Notes: generated from the sequence alone by a model not told the origin. A stretch of 64,000 nt of DNA from Thermotogota bacterium (GCA_051748045.1 JBNJGY010000001.1:32001-96000); one strand, 5' to 3'. Shown: positions 20,188-30,714, counted from the first letter of the stretch. Made by a program: numbers and translations.

Positions 20188-20296
20188 GCAGAACACATGG
20201 AAGGTTACCCTCCCTCCTTAAGTGTTTCTGTCCCCGGAAAATTTTTAGTGAATTATTTTTATTCACTTAATTAAAGGCCTTTTTAGGCCTTTTTTT
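20188..20296 (+). ncRNA. Candidate small RNA with C-rich anti-SD segment
   Basis: Upstream TTGCAT (20154-20159), 16 bp, TATAAT (20176-20181). 5' stem GCAGAACAC/GTGTTTCTGT encloses CCCTCCCTCCTT; second hairpin AGTGAAT/ATTCACT; terminator AAAGGCCT-TTTT-AGGCCTTT plus T-run. No ORF. Confidence 0.6.
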
Positions 20297-20360
20297 ATTG
20301 TTTTTTTAGGCAAAATATGATAATATATAAAGGTGTTAAATGACTTTAGGAGGGATTATT

Positions 20361-22970
20361 TTGAAAGCAAAAAAGTTTCCTGGTGATATACTATATTTAT
20401 TTTTAATTTTCTTACTATTACCGTTTGTAATGATACCAAATTGGGTTTATGAATATTCTACACAAAAACATTTAGTTTTCTCTTTTTTAATTACTGGATT
20501 GATGTTTTTTTATTTGTTTAAAAAAGATTATTTAAAAAATTTATCTCTAAAAATACCTCATATTATTTTTGCTCTTTTTGGAGGTACTGTATTTTTATCA
20601 TTAATTTCAGTACAAATAGAAAACCCATATTATCTGAGGTTTTCATTAGAAGTAGCTTTATATACTGTGATTTTGATATTCTTTTCAATTTTAATTAGTA
20701 ATAGATTTGGAAAAGATTTTAGTTTCATAGAAAATGGATTTTTAATCTTTCTAATTACTGGTACTATCATCGCTTTTGATGGTTTGTTGAATAAGTTTTT
20801 AGGTTTCGATCTTTTTTTTGGAAACATTGGTGATCCCTCAGCAAGGATAACTTTAAGAACAACTATAGGAAACCCAAATTTTGTTTCAGATTATTTAGCA
20901 CAAATAATACCAGTCTCAATATATTTTATAATTAAGCCAAAAAATTCTCTTTTTATAAAAATTTACTCTTATATAACTTTATTCATGAGCATATGGGTTG
21001 TTCTTTTTGCTCAGACTCGTTCTGTTTATTTAGGTACTGTTGTAGGAATGGTTTTTGCTTTAGTAGCCTTTTTAATAGCTAAAAAAGATAAAAAAGAACT
21101 AATTTATTTTAAATCAAAGCAATTTATAACATGGTTGCTTTTAATTATTTTCGCTTTTTTATTTTTATTTATGATGTTTAATTTTGATACTCCATTCAAT
21201 AAAGGGGGAGAAGTCGTAGCTACTGATAGATTTGCAGCAATGAACTCTATTTCTTCATGGGATGAAAGATCTTTATCTTGGAATTCTGCAATAAAACAAT
21301 TCGCAGATCCAGATCATCCAAATCATAAATTTATCGGTTCAGGTATAGGGACTTATCCTTTATATGCAATAGAATATATGGCTGAATTACAACATTCAGA
21401 ACCACAAAGGTATTTATACGCATGGAATAATTTTAAAAGAGCACATAATGATTATTTACAGGTTTTAGGAGAAATGGGTATATTAGGTTTTATAACTATT
21501 TCTTTATTAATAATATATTTACTTTATTATTTCTTTAAAACTTTAAGGTCTAAATTACCTCTTGAAAAACTAATTCTCTTTGTTCTTTTAGGTTGGAGTG
21601 TCACTGTAACTGCTGCTCATGCAGGAACAGAATTTGCATTACATATGCACCCTAATCTTTTAATAGCATTATTTATTTTATCAGTTGCCGTATCAGATCA
21701 ATTCAATTCAAAAACAAAAAAATTAAAAATAAAATTTAATCTAAATTATCTTTTAATACCACTTATTATAATTGGAGTAATCACTACTTTCTTAAAAGTG
21801 CAAAGTACTATGTCAGAAGCTTACTTTAAAAAAGCTCAATATCAGTATTCGAAATTTAATGAAATTGATAATGCTTTAAAGAATCAATTCCCTAATATCA
21901 TTGGTAATCTAGAAAATCAATATAACCAATATAAAAACCAGTTAAATAATTATGCACCTGGTTCTAGAGAATTCAATCAAATAACTAACACTTTAAAAGA
22001 AATAGAACAAAAAGTAAAAGAAATAGAACAAGCTCATACTGAATACACTAATGAAGTTAATGATGCTTTTAATAAATCTTTTGACTTATTTTTAAAATCT
22101 TTAGATTCAAATCATACATTCGGTAAATCCATGTTTTATTTAGCTCAATTATTTGTAGAAACACCTTATAGATATAATCAAATAAGTTATGAAGATTTAC
22201 CAGAAATATTCAATTTAAGTAGAGAAGAGTATAGACATGTTGTAGATAATTATGAAGGAAGTTTAGATTTAATGCCTTTTGAAAATAAGGAATTGAGAGA
22301 AAATCTAAGCTCTATTTATGACATAAATATTGAAAGCAATTCTACAAGATCTAAAATTATGCTTATACAAGGAATTTTAGATGAAATATCTTATTTGAAG
22401 ACTTCTTTTATTTACTTTACAGAGAAAAATTCTTATAAATTAATAGCCAAATTGTATTATAATGTTGTGATTCAACTTGAAAAAATGAAAGAGGAATTAC
22501 CAAATAAAACAACTGAGATCAATAATTTGATTAATAAATATTATAATTCTTTTGACCACTGGAATAGAGAAACCGTTAAAGTGCTTCCAGGGGGTTGGAA
22601 TAGATTTCCTGAATGGGAAAACACCTATTCAGAAATCATAGGTATGAATATCAATTTGTTAAAATATTTTGATAATCAAAAAATAATGAACAATATATTT
22701 TATTTTATTGAGCAAGATGGTTGGGCAAATTTTCATATGGCAAATTTAAACAGAGGTATCCCAGATGAATCTTTATCTACTTTACAAGAATTATACTTTA
22801 ACTTAGAAAACACCCAAGTCAAAAAAGATTTAGTAAAACATATAGTCACTTCTTATGAAGATGTTTATGAATACTACAAAAATCTAGATAAAAATTCCAA
22901 TATATATATTAGATATGAAAAAAGAATAAAAGAATTCTTAGACAGTTATAGATATTTCCAAAGAAGATAA
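20361..22970 (+). CDS. O-antigen ligase (Wzy_C/WaaL/PglL)-family polytopic membrane protein with long helical C-terminal domain
   Basis: Multiple TMs; TIGNPNF, QTRS, GSGIGTY and RAHNDYLQVLGEMGILG motifs; likely TTG start at 20361 after AGGAGG. Confidence 0.85.
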   Translation: MKAKKFPGDILYLFLIFLLLPFVMIPNWVYEYSTQKHLVFSFLITGLMFFYLFKKDYLKNLSLKIPHIIFALFGGTVFLSLISVQIENPYYLRFSLEVALYTVILIFFSILISNRFGKDFSFIENGFLIFLITGTIIAFDGLLNKFLGFDLFFGNIGDPSARITLRTTIGNPNFVSDYLAQIIPVSIYFIIKPKNSLFIKIYSYITLFMSIWVVLFAQTRSVYLGTVVGMVFALVAFLIAKKDKKELIYFKSKQFITWLLLIIFAFLFLFMMFNFDTPFNKGGEVVATDRFAAMNSISSWDERSLSWNSAIKQFADPDHPNHKFIGSGIGTYPLYAIEYMAELQHSEPQRYLYAWNNFKRAHNDYLQVLGEMGILGFITISLLIIYLLYYFFKTLRSKLPLEKLILFVLLGWSVTVTAAHAGTEFALHMHPNLLIALFILSVAVSDQFNSKTKKLKIKFNLNYLLIPLIIIGVITTFLKVQSTMSEAYFKKAQYQYSKFNEIDNALKNQFPNIIGNLENQYNQYKNQLNNYAPGSREFNQITNTLKEIEQKVKEIEQAHTEYTNEVNDAFNKSFDLFLKSLDSNHTFGKSMFYLAQLFVETPYRYNQISYEDLPEIFNLSREEYRHVVDNYEGSLDLMPFENKELRENLSSIYDINIESNSTRSKIMLIQGILDEISYLKTSFIYFTEKNSYKLIAKLYYNVVIQLEKMKEELPNKTTEINNLINKYYNSFDHWNRETVKVLPGGWNRFPEWENTYSEIIGMNINLLKYFDNQKIMNNIFYFIEQDGWANFHMANLNRGIPDESLSTLQELYFNLENTQVKKDLVKHIVTSYEDVYEYYKNLDKNSNIYIRYEKRIKEFLDSYRYFQRR

Positions 22971-22972
22971 CT

Positions 22973-23212
22973 ATGTACAAAATTATAGTATTTTTAATGG
23001 CTATTGTAATATCTTTGTTTTTAATTACTTTTACAATTTATAAAAATATTAAGATATGGCAAGACGATTCTGATCTTCTTGATTTTTATGTTGAATACAA
23101 TAGTATTTCCAAAATATTACCTTATATTGAGTCTGAGGAACTTAATGGTATAATAGACTTGAATGGTTTTAAAATATACAAAATAAACAATATCATAAAA
23201 ATAGAAAAATAA
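22973..23212 (+). CDS. Small hypothetical membrane-anchored protein
   Basis: 79 aa with an N-terminal TM; tightly packed within the operon. Confidence 0.55.
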   Translation: MYKIIVFLMAIVISLFLITFTIYKNIKIWQDDSDLLDFYVEYNSISKILPYIESEELNGIIDLNGFKIYKINNIIKIEK

Positions 23213-23222
23213 TAAAGGGGGT

Positions 23223-24116
23223 ATGAATCGAGTGAATAAAACGAAAATAATTGCTGATACTGGTTGTTCTCTTACTGAAGACTTGATTAATGAATTTGAT
23301 CTTGATGTTATGGGTATGAAAATTGTTTTAGATGGGAAAAATTATACTGATCATGAAGATATAACTCGAGAAGAATTTTATAATAAAATAGAAAATATTA
23401 ATGATTTTTATACATCACAACCTTCAATTGGAGAGATACAAAAACATTATGAGAAGATTTTTGAAGAAGGTTATGAAGAAATAATTGATATTCACTTTTC
23501 ATCAAAGATGTCTGGACTAATAAACTCTTGTAGAATGGTTAAAAATTCTATGAATAAAGAAAATATAAAGATCATAGACACAGAAAATATTTCTATTGGT
23601 TCTTATATGATTTTAAAAAGAATATTAGAGTTGTTGAATTCTGGAAAAACTATTGAAGAAATAGAAAATGTACTTCAAAAAATCAAAGATTCAGCTTTTA
23701 TACAATTCAGTGTTCCTACACTAAAATATTTAGTTAAAAATGGTAGAGTTGGTAAAGCCGAAGGTTTAGCAGGTACTTTGCTCAATATAAAACCTATTCT
23801 TGGGGTTGATGAAGGTCAAATTTATCCAATTTCAAAAATAAGAGGTATGAAAAAGGTTTATTCAACAATGGCAAAAAACGCAGTTGATTTTCTTAATGAT
23901 AAACCTAATAATGTGAAAATATATAAAACCTATGGGTTGAATCATAATAAAGAACAAATGAATATGATGTTCGATATTTTTATGAGAGAGTTTAAAAATT
24001 TAGGTATAGATAATTATGAAGTGATTGAAGATCAATTACCTCCTACAATCATATGTCATAGTGGCCCAGAAGTAATAGGTCTATCAGTTTATGGGGAAAA
24101 AGAAGAGATAAAATGA
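23223..24116 (+). CDS. DegV-family fatty-acid-binding protein
   Basis: IIADTGCSL, TSQPS, SSKMSG, YLVKNGRVG, LLNIKPIL and HSGP motifs. Confidence 0.93.
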   Translation: MNRVNKTKIIADTGCSLTEDLINEFDLDVMGMKIVLDGKNYTDHEDITREEFYNKIENINDFYTSQPSIGEIQKHYEKIFEEGYEEIIDIHFSSKMSGLINSCRMVKNSMNKENIKIIDTENISIGSYMILKRILELLNSGKTIEEIENVLQKIKDSAFIQFSVPTLKYLVKNGRVGKAEGLAGTLLNIKPILGVDEGQIYPISKIRGMKKVYSTMAKNAVDFLNDKPNNVKIYKTYGLNHNKEQMNMMFDIFMREFKNLGIDNYEVIEDQLPPTIICHSGPEVIGLSVYGEKEEIK

Positions 24117-26455
24117 ATCTTGACTTAGAATCTTATATTAAACAAATTGAAACTATAATTAAACAAAAAGAGAAAAATATTAAAAACTGGGATGACTTTT
24201 ATCCCAGTTTTCTTTCATTAAGTAAAAATAACTTAGACTTAATCAAAAAAAATAGCATGGAAGAAGATATAAAAAAATTACTATCTTTTATAAAACCTTT
24301 AGGTGTTTTAGACAATGAAAGAAGAATAAAAAGATTAAGTTCTTTTAAAAAAGCCTTAATAAAATTAAAGGAAAAGTATTTAATAGATGAATTTGACCTT
24401 TCTGAATCCAATTATTCTTTGTTTACAGACATTAAGTATGTTAAAACAGTTGGTAGTAAAAGGGCAAATTATTTGAATAAAATTAATATCTTTAATATTT
24501 ATGATGCTTTATATTACACTCCTAGAGATTATGAAGATAGAAGAAAATTAACAAAAATAATTTCATTAGAAGATTCTTATAAATATTTTGTTTTAGGAAA
24601 TATCGTGAATTTTCAAGAAAACAAAATTAATAAAGGGCTTACAATTTATAGTTATTCTGTTGAAGATGATACTGGAGTTATGGAAGTTGCTTTTTTTAAT
24701 CAAAATTATATCAAATCTTATTTAAAACCTGGATTAAAGGTAGCTTTTTATGGAAAAGTTGAAAATAATTTTGGAAAAAAACAAATGAAAGCCCCTGAGT
24801 TTCAAATTATAAATAACCTAGATGAAATTGAAGCTGAAATTTTACCTGTTTATCCCTTAACTTATGGCTTATCTCAACAAAATCTAAGAAAAATAAATAA
24901 AAATATATTGCAACATGATATAGGTTACAAAGAATACTTACCTAATTCTTTTAAAAATAATTATAATATTTTGAATCTTAATAAGAGATTAAAAGGTATT
25001 CATTTCCCTAAATCTTTTTTTCATCAAAAAAGAGCTGAATCATCATTGAAATATGATGAAGCTTTTCTTTTTGAAACAGCTGTTCTTTCTTCTAAAAAAA
25101 ACTTTGAGGAAAATGTTAAAGGATATTCTAAAAAGTTCACTGGAGACATTTCAGACCAATTTAAAAATAATTTAGAGTTTACTCTAACAGATTCTCAGAA
25201 AAATTGTTATGAAGAAATTAAAAATGATATGAAGAAAAATAAGCCAATGAATAGGCTTCTTCAAGGTGATGTTGGTTCAGGTAAAACCATAGTTTCTGAA
25301 TTATCAATTATAGATAATTATGAATCTGGTTATCAATCATCAATTATGGTACCTACAAGTGTTTTAGCAAAACAACAATTCAAAAAAATTAAAACACATT
25401 TAGAACCACTTGGAATAACTGTTGAAATTTTACTAGGTGAAACAAAAGCAAAAGAAAAAGCAGTTATTAAAGAAAAACTCTCAAATGGAGATATTGATAT
25501 CATTATTGGTACTCATGCGATAATTCAAGAAGACGTTGAGTTTAGAAAACTCGGATTTGTAGTTATTGATGAACAACACAGATTCGGTGTAAATCAAAGA
25601 TTAAATTTAATTTCTAAAGGATTTTCTCCAGACATTTTAGTTATGACTGCTACCCCAATACCACGTACTCTTGCTCTCACTCTTTATGGAGACCTAGATG
25701 TAAGTACAATTAGAGAAATGCCAAAAGGAAGAAAATCTATTAAAACTGTATTAACAACTGATGGAAAAAGTAAAAAAATATATAAGTTCATTGAAAAAGA
25801 ATTATCAAAAAATAACCAAGCTTTTTTTATTTATCCACTAGTAGAAGAATCTGAAAAGGTTGATTTAAAAAATGCCACAGATATGTACGAAGGTTTAAAA
25901 TCCATTTTTTCTGATTATAATATAGGTCTATTACATGGTAAGATGAAACCTGAAGAAAAAACTGAAATAATGGACAAATTTGCTAACAAAGAATTCCATG
26001 TGCTCGTTTCAACTACAGTTGTAGAAGTTGGAGTGGATATTCCAGATGCCACTGTGATGGTTATAGAACACCCAGATAGATTTGGACTTTCTCAACTTCA
26101 CCAACTAAGAGGTAGAGTTGGCCGTTCTAAAAAACAAGCTTATTGTTTTTTAATTGTTAATGGTAATTTGAACCAAGAAACAAAAGACAGACTTCTTGAT
26201 TTTTCTAATACGCTAGATGGGTTCGAAGTTTCAAATATAGATTTAAAATGGAGGGGACCTGGAAAGTTTTTCGGGACTTTGCAACATGGTTTACCAGATT
26301 TTAAATTTTTAGATCTTATAAATGACCTTGAAATTATAGATAAGGTCAAATCTGATGTGGATGATTTATTGGAATCAAATTTGGATTTAGAACTAATAAA
26401 AAAAGAAATAAAAAGAAGATATAAAGATAATTTAGATCTTATTAAAGCATTTTGA
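24113..26455 (+). CDS. recG: ATP-dependent DNA helicase RecG with N-terminal extension
   Basis: RLLQGDVGSGKT, DEQHRFG, MTATPIPRTL and QLRGRVGR motifs; ~100-aa extra N-terminal region as in Thermotoga RecG. Confidence 0.96.
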   Translation: MNLDLESYIKQIETIIKQKEKNIKNWDDFYPSFLSLSKNNLDLIKKNSMEEDIKKLLSFIKPLGVLDNERRIKRLSSFKKALIKLKEKYLIDEFDLSESNYSLFTDIKYVKTVGSKRANYLNKINIFNIYDALYYTPRDYEDRRKLTKIISLEDSYKYFVLGNIVNFQENKINKGLTIYSYSVEDDTGVMEVAFFNQNYIKSYLKPGLKVAFYGKVENNFGKKQMKAPEFQIINNLDEIEAEILPVYPLTYGLSQQNLRKINKNILQHDIGYKEYLPNSFKNNYNILNLNKRLKGIHFPKSFFHQKRAESSLKYDEAFLFETAVLSSKKNFEENVKGYSKKFTGDISDQFKNNLEFTLTDSQKNCYEEIKNDMKKNKPMNRLLQGDVGSGKTIVSELSIIDNYESGYQSSIMVPTSVLAKQQFKKIKTHLEPLGITVEILLGETKAKEKAVIKEKLSNGDIDIIIGTHAIIQEDVEFRKLGFVVIDEQHRFGVNQRLNLISKGFSPDILVMTATPIPRTLALTLYGDLDVSTIREMPKGRKSIKTVLTTDGKSKKIYKFIEKELSKNNQAFFIYPLVEESEKVDLKNATDMYEGLKSIFSDYNIGLLHGKMKPEEKTEIMDKFANKEFHVLVSTTVVEVGVDIPDATVMVIEHPDRFGLSQLHQLRGRVGRSKKQAYCFLIVNGNLNQETKDRLLDFSNTLDGFEVSNIDLKWRGPGKFFGTLQHGLPDFKFLDLINDLEIIDKVKSDVDDLLESNLDLELIKKEIKRRYKDNLDLIKAF

Positions 26456-26464
26456 GGTGGTATT

Positions 26465-27019
26465 ATGTCTTTGAAGATAGAAACAGGGACAATGAAAGGA
26501 TTGAATTTTGATACTGTAAAAAGTAGTAAAACTAGGTATACTCCTGGTCAATTGAGAAGAACTCTAACTAATATTTTTGACTTTAATGGAGCAAATATGC
26601 TAGAAATTTTTTCTGGTAGTGGCGCGGTAAGTTTTGAATTTATAAGCAATGGGCTTAAAAATTCTTATCTCATAGATGTGAATGGTAAATCAATTTCTGT
26701 AATTAAAAAAAATGCTAAAAAATTAAAAATTGAAGATAAAATTAATCCTATAAAAGGGGATTTTAGAACTGTTATTCCATCATTAATTGAAAATGACTTA
26801 AGTTTTAATTATATTTTCGCCGATCCTCCTTTTAACTTAGGTTTTTGTGATGAATTGATAAGATTTATGGACACTAACAATGGAATACTCAAAGATGGTG
26901 GATATTTTATATTGGAAAGATCTAAACATGAAAAGTATAATATTGACAATTTAAAAGTTTTGAAGTTAGATGAATCAAGAAATTATGGAGATATTGATAT
27001 TGATATATATTATAAATAA
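26465..27019 (+). CDS. rsmD: 16S rRNA m2G966 methyltransferase RsmD
   Basis: LEIFSGSGAVSFE, FADPPF and RNYGD motifs; follows recG. Confidence 0.85.
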   Translation: MSLKIETGTMKGLNFDTVKSSKTRYTPGQLRRTLTNIFDFNGANMLEIFSGSGAVSFEFISNGLKNSYLIDVNGKSISVIKKNAKKLKIEDKINPIKGDFRTVIPSLIENDLSFNYIFADPPFNLGFCDELIRFMDTNNGILKDGGYFILERSKHEKYNIDNLKVLKLDESRNYGDIDIDIYYK

Positions 27020-27043
27020 GCCAAGATAAAATCTTGGCTTATT
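27015..27043. terminator. Bidirectional terminator between convergent rsmD and amidase genes
   Basis: AATAAGCCAAGAT-AAA-ATCTTGGCTTATT. Confidence 0.85.
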
Positions 27044-27044
27044 A

Positions 27045-28400
27045 TTATTTTATATCAAAATACTCAATTATAGCATCTTTCATAATTTCAGCGAATTTTT
27101 CTACATAATCACCATTATTAAAACTATTTTCTACTTCTTTATTACTCAAAAAGTCCAATTCAAATAATACAGCAGGACTTCTTGTGTATCTCAATACAGC
27201 AAATTCTGCTGGTTCGATTCTTCTGTTTCTAAAACCATCTTCTTCAACTTGTTTTTCTAGTACTTCTGCAAAAGAATAACTTTCTTTTATTGAGGATTCC
27301 TTTATGTTAGTCCAACTATCTAATAATTCTTTATCTTTATTAAAATCCAAATTTTCTTTCCAAGCAATCATCCTCGCGTATGTAGAGCGAGAAAAATCAA
27401 AATAATATACTTCCGAACCTCTTGTAGATGGATAACTAGGGAAAGAATTTAAATGAATACTTATAAACAAATCAGCATTCTTATCATTAGAAAATTTGGC
27501 TCTTCCATAAAGATCTATATATTCATCTGTACTTCTAGTCAAATATGTTTCTAAAGAATAATTTGATAATAATTCTTTTGTTCTTTGAGCAACTTTTAGA
27601 GTCAAATCTTTTTCTAATGTTCTACCTAAGCCAACAGCTCCAGGTTCCCAACCACCATGTCCAGGATCTAATACAACTACAGGGAATTCAGATTCTTCAA
27701 AAACAAAATCTAAGATTAATCTCGATGATTCAAATGTTTTTTTTACAGAATGGTTCACATCTATTTTTATCTTTACCCAAACTATAGTTGATGTTTGATG
27801 ATATGCAGTAATATAATCAATTTTGTTATCATAATTTTTTTCAATAAAATTTCCTGGTATTTGTGCATTTTCTATGATAACTAAATATCCTGTATTATTT
27901 GTCAAAGGATATATTTTTGGTGTTACTTCATTTGAAAATTCTATAATTGTTCTTGCAGATTCTTTTTTTATATAGGTATTTATACTTTCAACCTTTGCGA
28001 GAGGTACATTGAAAAAAGTTCCTGCTGAGGATTTGATCAATTCTAAATTCAATGCTTTAGAAATAATTTCATCTTTTAAATATAATTTATCACCCTGAAA
28101 CAATTTATCTTCTTCCGAAAAAGCATATGATTCTGCTGAATTAATTATCATCATATTATTTTTTGGAAAAATAAATACTTTCCATTTTCCATTTGATATA
28201 TAAAATAAGGTGTTATTATGTACAGTTAGTGTTTTGTTGGCTTTATGAGTCATTAACTCTAAATCATAATAATATTCCCCATCTTTTTCTATATAATAAT
28301 TTTCATCCAGTTTCCTCCACTGAAAGAAAACTCCTTCAGAAAAGCTTGTTATAAAAATGAAAACTATAAAAAATATCAATACATATGATTTTTTTGACAT
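27045..28400 (-). CDS. N-acetylmuramoyl-L-alanine amidase (Amidase_3)
   Basis: VVLDPGHGG, EKDLTL, FISIHLN and PAVLFELDFLSN motifs; signal peptide from ATG 28400. Confidence 0.92.
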   Translation of the reverse strand: MSKKSYVLIFFIVFIFITSFSEGVFFQWRKLDENYYIEKDGEYYYDLELMTHKANKTLTVHNNTLFYISNGKWKVFIFPKNNMMIINSAESYAFSEEDKLFQGDKLYLKDEIISKALNLELIKSSAGTFFNVPLAKVESINTYIKKESARTIIEFSNEVTPKIYPLTNNTGYLVIIENAQIPGNFIEKNYDNKIDYITAYHQTSTIVWVKIKIDVNHSVKKTFESSRLILDFVFEESEFPVVVLDPGHGGWEPGAVGLGRTLEKDLTLKVAQRTKELLSNYSLETYLTRSTDEYIDLYGRAKFSNDKNADLFISIHLNSFPSYPSTRGSEVYYFDFSRSTYARMIAWKENLDFNKDKELLDSWTNIKESSIKESYSFAEVLEKQVEEDGFRNRRIEPAEFAVLRYTRSPAVLFELDFLSNKEVENSFNNGDYVEKFAEIMKDAIIEYFDIK

Positions 28401-28401
28401 A

Positions 28402-29235
28402 TTATTCTCCACCCATCGCAGAAAAATCATTTGGATAAATATAAGCGTACCTCATATCTCCCAAATAATATCTAGGATTTAGTGATGACTTCAAGTTGTC
28501 ATTGATTTGAAAATGCAAATGAGGCCCTGTTGATAATCCAGTATTTCCTACTTTTCCTATAAGATGGCCTTTTTTTACTAATACTCCCGGAACAACATTG
28601 AACTCACTTAAATGAGCATATATGTATTCTTCGTTTGTTCCTTTAACAACAATATGTTTACCATAACCACTATCTTCTTCTACTTCAACAACAATTCCAT
28701 CGCTAGCTGAGAAAATAGGTGTTCCTGTTGGTGCAGCAATATCTATTCCATGATGAAATTTTCTTACGTTATAGATAGGATGAATTCTATATCCATATTC
28801 AGAAGTCACATATCCTGTTATTGGCCAACTAATACTAGTATCCTTATTAAAACAAGATCCCATTTTATCAAAAGGAATTTTTAACTTTTGTCCAATATAA
28901 ATATTATTCGCATTTTTTATGTTGTTTTCTTTTATAATATTTTCAGGTCTAATAAAAAATATTTTAGAAATATCATAAATATTATCCCCAGATTTAATTT
29001 CGTATATGAAAACATTTTCATCTGGAATTTTAATCTTTTGGTTTAATTTAAGATATTTCTGTTCAGTTAAAAATTGATTAGCTTCAATTATTAGTTGAAC
29101 AGAAACTCCTGTTTTTTTAGATATTTTAGTCAAATTATCCCCTGGTTTTACCGTGTATTCAATTCCAAATGAATATAAAGAAAATAATATCATTGTTAGT
29201 ATAATGAATACTTTTTTACTTTTAAAATAATGCAT
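28402..29235 (-). CDS. LysM x2 + M23 metallopeptidase
   Basis: Two LysM repeats (YTVKPGDNL, YEIKSGDNI); HHGIDI, YAHL and STGPHLHF motifs. Confidence 0.93.
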   Translation of the reverse strand: MHYFKSKKVFIILTMILFSLYSFGIEYTVKPGDNLTKISKKTGVSVQLIIEANQFLTEQKYLKLNQKIKIPDENVFIYEIKSGDNIYDISKIFFIRPENIIKENNIKNANNIYIGQKLKIPFDKMGSCFNKDTSISWPITGYVTSEYGYRIHPIYNVRKFHHGIDIAAPTGTPIFSASDGIVVEVEEDSGYGKHIVVKGTNEEYIYAHLSEFNVVPGVLVKKGHLIGKVGNTGLSTGPHLHFQINDNLKSSLNPRYYLGDMRYAYIYPNDFSAMGGE

Positions 29236-30281
29236 TATTTTTCCTCCAACACCTCAATTATTTTTTCAGCTATTTTATGATTAGGTAGTATATGATCTGC
29301 ATAACCATCTTCTACCACTGCTTTAGGCATTCCATAAACTACACATGTATCTTTAGCTTCTGCTATAATTTTTCCCCCATAATGCTTTATTTTAAAAGCA
29401 CCTTTAGCTCCATCTCTTCCCATTCCAGTCAATACAACCCCAACACAACCAGAATTGAATATTTCAGCGGCTTGATCAAAAGTAAAATCAGCAGCGGGTC
29501 TGACATTATTTATCTTATCAGAAGAATCTAGAAATAATTTTATTTTTCCTGAACTATTTTTTTTAAGACCCATATGATAATTACCAGGAGCAACATATAC
29601 ATGATTTTTTTCTAGTATGTCTCCTTCTTCTGCTTCTTTTACAGTAAGTTCTGATATTCTATTCATTCTCTCAGCTAAAGATTTTGTAAATCCAGCTGGC
29701 ATATGTTGAACTACTAAAACTGGAACATTTAATTCTCCAGGTAACTTTGGTATTACTTTATCTAAAGAACGAGGTCCTCCTGTAGAGCTTGCAATTAATA
29801 AAACTTTATCTCCTGCTAGTCTTAATGGTTTTCTAACTTTTTTACTATCAGTTTTTTTAGATATTAAAGTTTTTACATCTATTGTAGAAATTTCATTAAT
29901 CTTTTTGATTAAATCATCTTGAACTTGTCTAAAAGTCCAAGAAGTGCTTCCTGCTGGTTTTTGTATAAAATCAACAGCACCATGTTCTAACGATTCGATA
30001 GTAATAGAAGCGCCTTCAGAGGTTAAACTACTTACCATAAGTACCTTTGATGGTGTTTTTTTCATTATTATTTTTAGAGCTTCTAAACCATTTAATTTAG
30101 GCATTTCAACATCAAGAGTTATTACATCAGGCTTTAAATTAGAAGCTTTTTCTACTGCTTCTAAACCATCCCTGGCCAGCCCTATAACTTTCATATTAGG
30201 CTGCTTGTCTATAATGTCTTTTAATACCATTCTCATAAAAGCTGAATCATCAACTATTAATACTTTAATTTTCTTTTCCAC
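29235..30281 (-). CDS. cheB: Chemotaxis protein-glutamate methylesterase CheB
   Basis: REC domain (VDDSAFMR, LDVEMP) plus ASSTGGP, VQHMP and LTGMGRDGA motifs; GTG start. Confidence 0.96.
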   Translation of the reverse strand: MEKKIKVLIVDDSAFMRMVLKDIIDKQPNMKVIGLARDGLEAVEKASNLKPDVITLDVEMPKLNGLEALKIIMKKTPSKVLMVSSLTSEGASITIESLEHGAVDFIQKPAGSTSWTFRQVQDDLIKKINEISTIDVKTLISKKTDSKKVRKPLRLAGDKVLLIASSTGGPRSLDKVIPKLPGELNVPVLVVQHMPAGFTKSLAERMNRISELTVKEAEEGDILEKNHVYVAPGNYHMGLKKNSSGKIKLFLDSSDKINNVRPAADFTFDQAAEIFNSGCVGVVLTGMGRDGAKGAFKIKHYGGKIIAEAKDTCVVYGMPKAVVEDGYADHILPNHKIAEKIIEVLEEK

Positions 30282-30714
30282 TACCTTTCCCTCCCTTTTT
30301 CTTAGAAAGTAGCTTTATTGAGGCCAGGAAAATAATCGCTATAATTATACCATATCTAGAACTTAAACCGAAAATTGCATTTCCAAATATTACTACTCCT
30401 ATCACTACGGAAAAAACGGCTGCTATTAAAACCATCGCAGCCGATATATCTTTGATAATCCCTACTATAGGGTTATAATCAGGGTTTATAAAATCCATTA
30501 TTTTTTCTATTGTTGTATTTAATCCTTCCATAACTAAGACAATCATAGTTGCAAAACTTAACCATAATATGTCAGTACCCGGTAAATCTAATAAAAAAGC
30601 TATAATCATTACAAAAAGCCCTATATTGGATTGTATTCTAAAATTCCTTTGAGATGAATAAATTTCTTTAAGTCCTTTCAGAGCATACTTGAATGAACTA
30701 TAAAACCTTTTCAA
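30265..30714 (-). CDS. dgkA: Diacylglycerol/undecaprenol kinase
   Basis: SFKYALKGL...QRNFRI, EGLNTTIE and KDISAAMV motifs. Confidence 0.9.
   Translation of the reverse strand: MKRFYSSFKYALKGLKEIYSSQRNFRIQSNIGLFVMIIAFLLDLPGTDILWLSFATMIVLVMEGLNTTIEKIMDFINPDYNPIVGIIKDISAAMVLIAAVFSVVIGVVIFGNAIFGLSSRYGIIIAIIFLASIKLLSKKKGGKGSGKEN

Noticed and set aside
20188-20296. Identification of the candidate sRNA as SRP RNA, 6S RNA or a known riboswitch
   Set aside because: It lacks the SRP helix-8 consensus, is too short for 6S, and shows no SAM, TPP, FMN, fluoride or c-di-GMP motif that I could recognise by eye.
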